NCBI GenBank assembly: GCA_024275995.1
Contig: JAJRYB010000067.1
Location: 28,417-92,416, forward strand
DNA: 64,000 bases
Reading direction: 5' to 3'
DNA from: Planctomycetota bacterium
GTDB lineage: Bacteria > Planctomycetota > Phycisphaerae > SM23-33
Shown: positions 57,568 to 64,000 of the stretch, one piece after another
How the letters are laid out: every line of letters begins with the position of its first letter
Numbering within the stretch: position 1 is the first letter of the stretch
Notes under the pieces: generated by a model
What the model saw: only the letters and a program-made list of their open reading frames with translations
Databases searched by the model: none
Told to the model about the DNA's origin: nothing
Translations under genes and position numbers: made by a program

Positions 57568-58344
57568 TTAATCTTGCTCGATTCCGGCCTTACCGAAATC
57601 GATCTGCCTGTCGGGAACATCTTCGATTGGCTTGGCGATGTGCGCGCAAGCGGGGAATGAAGCCTCCATCCGCGGCGCCGCCCAGCGGACGGCATTACAG
57701 ATGACCTTGCGGACCTGCTCGTTGTAGAAGATGGGGTACGTCTCGTGTCCGGGACGGAAGTAGAAGATGCGCCCGTGCCCCCTCTGCCAGCAGCATCCGC
57801 TGCGGAATACCTCCCCACCTTCGAACCACGAAACGAAGATGAGCTTTTCCGGTGCCGGAACGTCGAACCGCTCGCCGTACATTTCCGCGTTCGGCAGCTC
57901 GATGTACTCGCCTATGCCCTCGGTGATGGGGTGGGACGGTTCAAGGTTCCACAGCCGTTCCTTCTCGGCGATTTCGCGCCAGTGAAGCGAGCAGGTTGTC
58001 CCGAGCAGACGCCCGAATATCTTCGCAAAGTGCCCGGAGTGCAGGACGATCAGCCCCATGCCGGACAGGACCCGCTCCTGGACGCGATCGACAACCTCCT
58101 CGGCGACTTCCCCGTGAGCGACATGCCCCCACCAGGTCAGTACATCGGTATCGGCGAGAACTTCCTCGCTCAGGCCGTGCTCCGGTTCGTCCAGTGTCGC
58201 CGTGCGGACATTAAACCCACCGGCGGCGCTCAGAAAATCGGCGATGACGGTGTGCATCCCGTCGGGATAAAGTTTCCTGACGGCCTCGTGTTGTATCTCA
58301 TGACGAAATTCATTCCAAACCGTTACGCGAACGTTGGCGGGCAT
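57568..58344 (-). CDS. ThuA-family (trehalose-utilisation-like) class-I glutamine-amidotransferase-fold protein
   Basis: [24 protein letters not shown]-terminal pattern characteristic of ThuA. Paired with a Gfo/Idh/MocA gene as usual. Confidence 0.7.
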   Translation of the reverse strand: MPANVRVTVWNEFRHEIQHEAVRKLYPDGMHTVIADFLSAAGGFNVRTATLDEPEHGLSEEVLADTDVLTWWGHVAHGEVAEEVVDRVQERVLSGMGLIVLHSGHFAKIFGRLLGTTCSLHWREIAEKERLWNLEPSHPITEGIGEYIELPNAEMYGERFDVPAPEKLIFVSWFEGGEVFRSGCCWQRGHGRIFYFRPGHETYPIFYNEQVRKVICNAVRWAAPRMEASFPACAHIAKPIEDVPDRQIDFGKAGIEQD

Positions 58345-59012
58345 ACTTATTCCTTTCCGGTGTTATCAGGCAAACTATAACATTTTATTGATGTTCGTAT
58401 TGTGAATGTAATCTCCGGTTTGCCTTCAGGCCCGATTTGACGGCCGCAACTGCCTTCGGCAGGTTGCATTGGCAAGACGAAGATCAATATGATAGAGATG
58501 ACGTATTGACGGGACACCCCGTCCCCTGCCGACAGTCGCCGAGAACTCCGCGGATACGCCATGTCTTTCTTAAGTTGTCATAAATCGCAATCTTGCGCTG
58601 CATATACCTCAATTTCCCGTTTCGTAACAGCCGGAATTCCCCTTTATCGTCTTTTTTTTTCACCTGCGCCGTGCGGACCGACGGAAACAGGAACAGTAGC
58701 CGGTAACCGGTAGTCAGCTTGCCGCGCCGTAGCCCGCAGGGCGAAGGCGGGTAGCCCGTGGCCGCTACTGGATACGGGCTACGGACTACGAACTACGAAA
58801 AAAGTGCCCTTTCTGTGCGCCCGGATGGACCAGCGACCATCCGATTCGTCCGAAAAAATATAAAAAAATATTCCACGCCTGAATAAAGAGTTGCGCACGT
58901 CACTTTTCGAAAAGTTACCTGTTCGGGTAGCTAAAACAGGGGTATTGGCCCAAGTATGGAGGGCTCGCATTACGCGCGCCCGGTTATTTGACAATAGAAC
59001 AGCGAAAAGCCG

Positions 59013-59040
59013 CCACAGAGGTCACAGAGGCCACGAAGGT
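59013..59040. repeat. Family-2 CAGAG-rich repeat arm (copy D)
   Basis: CCACAGAGGTCACAGAGGCCACGAAGGT. Related to 22043..22073. Confidence 0.55.
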
Positions 59041-59257
59041 CTCAAAGCAATCGACCAACTGGTTAAAAACAACTTCCGCCGAACGGCAAGCCGATTGCGT
59101 TAGATGCGCAACCTTCGAGTATTAAGGATGTTACGTCTTTCCGGACCCTGATTCCAGGTCCTCAAACCCCGTTTTTTTTCGTCCCTGGTTGTCCCGGGAT
59201 TTGCGGAGCTGTCCGAAGTGGTACGAAACGGTACGCTTTGGTACGGACTGCTGCGCA

Positions 59258-59292
59258 ACTGCCCGCTGCGGCGGGCAGGCAGCAGGCAGGTG
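59258..59292. repeat. REP-like GC-rich hairpin element (copy 2, inverted)
   Basis: ACTGCCCGCTGCGGCGGGCAGGCAGCAGGCAGGTG is the reverse-complement relative of 54845..54880. Confidence 0.65.
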
Positions 59293-59359
59293 TCCGCGTC
59301 ACGAGAAACGCCGGTTTGGGTTTTCATACACGTTTTCAGACGAGTTTTCGCAGGACGCT

Positions 59360-60010
59360 CTACACGGCGTGCTGATCGTCTTCGTTGCAGGAGTAGGTGA
59401 AGCACGCCTTGGGGCTGAGGTTTACCGTCGCCCTCGAGCTGGGCGCCTGGAAGCGGACCCTTGCGGCGGTTACGAACTCCGCGTACTCGCCGAGGAAATC
59501 GGTTCCGTGTTCGGTGTCGAGAAACTTCGGCGCGTACGGCCCGGACATGAACGAATTGTGTGCGTATTCGCTCACGCGGATGGATCGCAATTGAAGGCGT
59601 TCCGCCGTGCGCGTGAGCTTGTCGATCGCAGAGGCGATGTCCAGCTCGATCGCGTCCACGACGCTCGGCAAGGCAAGGCAGCCCGACAGGAACGCGCCGA
59701 TCTGCTCGAAGGCGGTCGCCGAACCGGCGTAGGCCTCCAGGGCTTCGCGCTTCGGGTTGATGGCGAACGGGTAGAGGGTGACCTTGTCCACGCATTCGGC
59801 GTTGACCTGCCGGGTGTCCGGATCCAGACGCTGCACCGTCGTCTGCGTTCGCCGGACAATGGTGGCGAAGACGGTCTGCTCCGTAGCCGAGCAGTTCAGC
59901 ACGCCGTACTCGTCGTCGTCCGGGAGGCCGAACTCTTCCATCGCCCCGAGAACTTCCTGCGGGGCGGGGCAGCCACGGATTCGCGCGATGTTCAACTTGA
60001 AGGAAGCCAT
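59360..60010 (-). CDS. Hypothetical protein (216 aa)
   Basis: Clean ORF with GC3 bias consistent with coding. No recognisable motif. Confidence 0.45.
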   Translation of the reverse strand: MASFKLNIARIRGCPAPQEVLGAMEEFGLPDDDEYGVLNCSATEQTVFATIVRRTQTTVQRLDPDTRQVNAECVDKVTLYPFAINPKREALEAYAGSATAFEQIGAFLSGCLALPSVVDAIELDIASAIDKLTRTAERLQLRSIRVSEYAHNSFMSGPYAPKFLDTEHGTDFLGEYAEFVTAARVRFQAPSSRATVNLSPKACFTYSCNEDDQHAV

Positions 60011-60246
60011 GAATTCTCCTTGGGGCCTATTCGGATAACGAGCAGGAGATGATAATCATCAGGCGACGTTTTTCAAGCCATACCCTCGCATCGTCGCGCG
60101 AGCTGCGAATTTTTCTCGCGTTGACGATCTCGACGGACCCGGATATAGTGGGTATCGAAGAAGAACCCACGGGCATTTCATGCAACGAGGGACCTCTTTC
60201 CTTTTTGAGGTTCCGCTATTGCCGAAGGGCGACGGAGGCATGGCTT

Positions 60247-61386
60247 ATGGTCTCAAGCCGTGTAGAGTGTCCGGCTTGCGGGACGGTGTATGCAATTCCG
60301 AAAGAGCACGGCGGCGGCATAGTCAGGTGCGGCCGGTGCCATCGTCGATTCCTTTTGCAGGGCTTCGTTCCTGTGACCGACGACGAAATTGTTCAGTGGA
60401 TCACCCGCAAGGATGAAGATAATATCGAGTCTGACGCCCACCGCACCGAGACCGTCCTGACGGAGGAGCACGAACAGGGGGAACAAGAGGAATCGGTTGC
60501 GATCGGTCCTGCCGGGGCGGGCGGCGATATTCGCCTTGTCAAGCTAAGCCACTCCGGCGCGTTGTTTGAATTTCCAGCCCGTCGCCTGGAGGATACGGCG
60601 TTTCGCTGCTCCATACCGCGTCGGTGCCTTCAGTGCGGGGCCCGCTCTCACCTGCGAGCACATGTTATCATCTATACGTCGCACCTGGCCGACAGCGTTT
60701 CGCTGGAAGACGAACACGCCGCCGGACGCCTGGAACTCAGCGAGCAGGACGTGCGGAACTGCACGTGCGAACAGGTGCTCCAACGCCTGCCGAAAGTGCC
60801 CAACGTTCCGCATCCTGCGGACATGCCCATGCCCTACTGGACCTGCGATATGTGCAGCGGAACGGGGACGATTTCAGGTCAGATACGCGTTAACACGACC
60901 ACGGGCGCCGGTTCCTGCCGACTGCTGATCCGCAACTGGCGCCGCGCGGAAGAGTTTCTCGCAGCGTCTGGAGGAAAGGATTCCCCGGCGCACAAGTTGC
61001 TTCAGGCGAAAATCGAGGAGACGGCCGAGAACCCATGGGACGTGCTTCCCGAAGCGGTGCAGCATCGCCTGGAACAGTGGTTTCGTCCGGAGGAGGGCGA
61101 GCGATTCATGGCCTACGTGCCGGATCGCGATCACAGCAGGAGCGAAGACGGTATGGCGGGACTGACGATTTCCACGAAGCGACTGATTTATCATTCCGAG
61201 ATGCGCCATCGCGAGATGCGGTCGGACCAGACCCTGGAACTGGAGCTGGCGATGGGCAAAGATCGCGGCAGGGTGCGCCTGCGAACGCCCGACTGGCAGC
61301 TCAAAAACTTCACGGTGGATCGCGACGGGCTGGCGAAACTTCGACGGGCGCTGTCGCTGGCGAAGTTCCACGCCACCTGGAAATAG
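60247..61386 (+). CDS. Hypothetical multi-CxxC zinc-ribbon protein
   Basis: N-terminal CPACGTVYAIPKEHGGGIVRCGRCHRRF, an MJ0042-type zinc ribbon. Further Cys pairs CLQC and CDMCSGTGT. Start trimmed to the ATG at 60247. Confidence 0.45.
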   Translation: MVSSRVECPACGTVYAIPKEHGGGIVRCGRCHRRFLLQGFVPVTDDEIVQWITRKDEDNIESDAHRTETVLTEEHEQGEQEESVAIGPAGAGGDIRLVKLSHSGALFEFPARRLEDTAFRCSIPRRCLQCGARSHLRAHVIIYTSHLADSVSLEDEHAAGRLELSEQDVRNCTCEQVLQRLPKVPNVPHPADMPMPYWTCDMCSGTGTISGQIRVNTTTGAGSCRLLIRNWRRAEEFLAASGGKDSPAHKLLQAKIEETAENPWDVLPEAVQHRLEQWFRPEEGERFMAYVPDRDHSRSEDGMAGLTISTKRLIYHSEMRHREMRSDQTLELELAMGKDRGRVRLRTPDWQLKNFTVDRDGLAKLRRALSLAKFHATWK

Positions 61387-61413
61387 AGTTACTCCGGACA
61401 AGGGTGCGGCAAT

Positions 61414-62937
61414 CTATTGGCTGGACTGGCCGGGCTTTTTCCTCTTTTTCCGACGGCGACGACGCCTCTTTTTCTTCGCGGCGCTGTCTCCCTGCGTAGA
61501 ATCTGCCTTGCCTTCCGGCTTCCGGTCGGAGGCGGATGACTGTGCGGGCTGGGCGCCTGGGGACTTGCGGCTCGGATGCCGCCGGCGGCGTTTCGTCTCG
61601 GAAGGCTGTTCGCCTTCAACGAGAGGTTTGGCTTGAGATGTTTCATCCGGCACTTCGGGGGCGGGGCTTTCCTGCGGCGCCGGAGCGGCACTTTGCCGGG
61701 CTTCGGCCACAACGGGCGACGCCTTGCGAGGCGCGGAGGTTTTTCCGTTCCGTCGGGAACCCGCTGAAGACGCTTCGGAAGTCCTGGTTCTTCCGGGGGT
61801 CGGTGCGGTCGCCGGAGGGGGCGACACGTCACGTTCGACGATCTGGTCGTTGTGGATCACGGCCTGGGTGTTGTTGGGCAGCGCAACGCGCACCATTTGC
61901 GTGATGATCTGCGTATCGATGACCCGTCCCAGCAGTTGCTCGGTGCGCACCCACGTATTCTTCTTGGGCAGCTTCTTTCGCAGGTCGGTATAACCTTCAT
62001 CCTCGTATCGCAGGCAGCACATGAGACGCCCGCACCGGCCGGAGATTTTCGACGGATCGAGCGTAGCCTTCTGCGTTTTGGCCATACGCATCGAGACGGG
62101 CTTGAGGTTCTTCAGGAAGCTCTGGCAGCAGCACTGCTGGCCGCACCGTTCGTAATCGCCGACCAGTCGCGCCTCGTCGCGGGCGCCGACCTGGCGCATC
62201 TCGATTCGCGTGCGGTATTGTCCTGCCAGATGGCGAACCAGCTCGCGGAAATCGACGCGCTCTTCGGACGCGAAGTAGAAGATTATCCGCTCGCCGCCGA
62301 GCAGGTGTTCGACGGTGACCAGTTTCATGTCAACCCCGAGCCGGCGAATGTGCTCCCGGCAGAACCTGGCCTCTTCGCAGGCGGAGTTTTGAAGGTGGCG
62401 GTGGTCGATAATGTCCTGGTGGTTCGCGAGGCGGAGAATCCTCCCACCACGGCGGAACGGATATTCCGGCCCGCTGTCACGGAGAAACGCTTCGAGGCGT
62501 TCGGCGCTGAGGCACCGGTGGCAGCCCGTATTGATCGATTGGATACCGGCGATGACTTCCCCGAGTTCCACGCCGCGTTCCGTGCGAGCGACGACTTTCG
62601 TTCCCGGCGTCGGAGGCGTATCGAAATTGTGACGGAACTCCCCTGTCTGCAATGACAAGCCATACCGGACAACGACCGTGCCTCCACGGCTGGGCCTGTC
62701 GGAGCGTCCCTTGCCGCTGCCGTTGAGCTGGATCTTGCGTCGAGCGGATTGGGGCGCCTTGTCCGTCCCGGGGGCGCCGGTGCGGGTATCGTCGGGCGGC
62801 TGGGTTTCGGGTGCGTCGCCTGGCGGCGTTCCCGATTCGCCGGGACTGTCCTGGGCGGGATCAGGCACGTCATTCCGAGGTTGCCGATCAGGATCCTGGT
62901 CGGGCGTCTCACCCGCGGGGGCGCCGGTATCGGACAT
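61414..62937 (-). CDS. PSP1 C-terminal domain protein (RicT/YaaT-like) with disordered N-terminus and polybasic C-tail
   Basis: Core ...FREL..HL...Y..RIEMRQVG.RDEAR..GDYERCGQQCCC..F...KPVSMRMAK....LDP.KISGRCGRLMCCLRYE matches PSP1. N-terminal ~120 aa are Pro/Asp-rich. The C-terminus ends KKKRRRRRRKKRKK. Confidence 0.7.
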   Translation of the reverse strand: MSDTGAPAGETPDQDPDRQPRNDVPDPAQDSPGESGTPPGDAPETQPPDDTRTGAPGTDKAPQSARRKIQLNGSGKGRSDRPSRGGTVVVRYGLSLQTGEFRHNFDTPPTPGTKVVARTERGVELGEVIAGIQSINTGCHRCLSAERLEAFLRDSGPEYPFRRGGRILRLANHQDIIDHRHLQNSACEEARFCREHIRRLGVDMKLVTVEHLLGGERIIFYFASEERVDFRELVRHLAGQYRTRIEMRQVGARDEARLVGDYERCGQQCCCQSFLKNLKPVSMRMAKTQKATLDPSKISGRCGRLMCCLRYEDEGYTDLRKKLPKKNTWVRTEQLLGRVIDTQIITQMVRVALPNNTQAVIHNDQIVERDVSPPPATAPTPGRTRTSEASSAGSRRNGKTSAPRKASPVVAEARQSAAPAPQESPAPEVPDETSQAKPLVEGEQPSETKRRRRHPSRKSPGAQPAQSSASDRKPEGKADSTQGDSAAKKKRRRRRRKKRKKPGQSSQ

Positions 62938-63162
62938 GCGCAAAACTCCACTATCGATTAACCGCAGCGGCCCGCGGGGAAAAATGGTTCCATGTTCCCG
63001 GCCCGTCACCGGGGTCCATACGCCTCGGGGGCGTCAACGCGCCGCCTCACCCGCCTGATACGTCGCGGCAGCGACGGCACGGCGACGATTATACACCAAG
63101 GCGTCGCGGGTGGGAAAATTTCTTCACAAGCCCCGGCAGGATGCAACGTGCGAGGGATACCG

Positions 63163-63801
63163 CTACGGTATCAGGTCGGTCAGGATGCGAACCATCTCGG
63201 GCAGACGCCCTGCCATGAGAGTCAGCGGGACAACGAGCATCGCGATAGCGATCAACAGCAGCGCGCTGGCGGCGGGACTGGTCTCCGCTGGTATGGTGGC
63301 GAGATTCCGCGCCAAGGTCGTTTCGAGAATGTGCGCGAGCTTATCGTCGCCGTCGTGCAGGCGGACCGAAACGTTTCGCAGGAACGGGAAACCGCTCACT
63401 TCTATCGACGTTCCGTCGTCCAGGAGAAATCCGCTCGATGTTTGTCGAAAGTTGACGCCCGCCACTCTGAGCGCGTCGGAAACAATCCGCCGTATCCCGG
63501 AAAGGGGCATGTTGTAGATCACCCACCCATGTCCGCGCGGCGAAAGCATAGCGACAATCAGGCCCGCCCCCACGGCAGAGACGATCACCGCCACCATCGA
63601 CACGCCGACCCAGTTAAGAACGGGCAGGACGAACGTCGGGCTGATCGCGAGGATCAGCATGGCGAAGTCCGTCCGTCCGCTCAGCATTTGCGGGTGTTTC
63701 CGGCTGTTGAGCAGGCCCAGGACGAGGAAGTAGACGGCAACCGGCACCACGGCTGTGGCGATGCGAATAACCAGGCCGAGATGTTCATTCGCCAGCATCA
63801 C
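63163..63801 (-). CDS. Hypothetical polytopic membrane protein
   Basis: 4-5 hydrophobic segments. No motif recognised. Confidence 0.4.
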   Translation of the reverse strand: MMLANEHLGLVIRIATAVVPVAVYFLVLGLLNSRKHPQMLSGRTDFAMLILAISPTFVLPVLNWVGVSMVAVIVSAVGAGLIVAMLSPRGHGWVIYNMPLSGIRRIVSDALRVAGVNFRQTSSGFLLDDGTSIEVSGFPFLRNVSVRLHDGDDKLAHILETTLARNLATIPAETSPAASALLLIAIAMLVVPLTLMAGRLPEMVRILTDLIP

Positions 63802-63855
63802 GCGGCCTCTCCCTTACCTAATCTTACCTAAAGGGCCTCTTGCAGTATAAGATAT

Positions 63856-64000
63856 TAACGGATACCGTCGGGTTCCGCAACCTTTCGATATCCCAGCGCC
63901 CTCATCACGTCGAGCACTTCGGTCCATGTGGGGAAGGGGCGCTTGTTGAGACGCTTGTACTCGTTGATGGCCATGAGAAACTCGAACTGTTCCTCGGTCA
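63856..64000 (-). CDS. Small conserved hypothetical protein, C-terminal part (5' end beyond window)
   Basis: Reverse-strand translation ..[47 protein letters not shown] with stop at 63856. Confidence 0.4.

Overview
High-GC (~62%) bacterial chromosomal fragment, gene-dense, and mostly housekeeping. The PEP-CTERM protein, the DUF1559 prepilin-type protein and the overall GC content suggest a Planctomycetota-like organism. Product calls come from conserved motifs I can read in the ORF-track translations; no database search was possible.

Main coding content, in window order:
- HD-GYP fragment at the 5' edge, then a MoxR AAA+ ATPase and a secreted HEAT-repeat protein.
- An iron module: DtxR-FeoA fusion repressor, FeoA, FeoB and a small Cys-rich peptide.
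- queC and queF, divergently arranged.
- An APC permease fused to tandem UspA domains.
- TldD, a PmbA-like protein and ApbE.
- A complete rnfCDGEAB operon with an RseC-like gene coupled upstream of it.
- ispD, then crcB with a DUF190 gene.
- A surface-glycan block: DUF4416, a GT4/WecA-like transferase, a 6x41-bp tandem repeat array, and an O-antigen-ligase-like protein.
- serS, a DAHP synthase, comEC, a degenerate MBL-fold protein, two DUF21-CBS proteins, PBP4 (dacB), pfkA, a PilZ protein and a PPC/DUF296 protein.
- A large membrane-anchored hypothetical protein, then tRNA-Phe(GAA).
- ctp, tsaD, and a cofactor-centred operon: larB, nnr, a BtuFCD-type ABC importer, ribF, nrnA.
- A clear cobalamin riboswitch with an intrinsic terminator, followed by a PEP-CTERM protein, a DUF1559 prepilin-like protein and a lipoprotein.
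- An aldo-keto reductase, tRNA-Ser(UGA), a porin-like beta-barrel, a Gfo/Idh/MocA oxidoreductase and a ThuA-family protein.
- Hypothetical proteins, a PSP1/RicT-like protein, a membrane protein, and a partial CDS at the 3' edge.

The signals I consider most worth a second look:
- The phased 41-bp repeat array that fills the promoter gap of the O-antigen-ligase-like gene.
- The cobalamin riboswitch, whose downstream genes are not B12-related.
- Several families of short intergenic repeats: CAGAG-rich arms, and REP-like hairpins flanking a 4.5-kb segment next to tRNA-Ser.
- A duplicated larB 5' end, with a TATAAT box and an A11 tract.
- A ~1-kb lower-GC non-coding region.

No CRISPR array, integrase, transposase or rRNA was seen.
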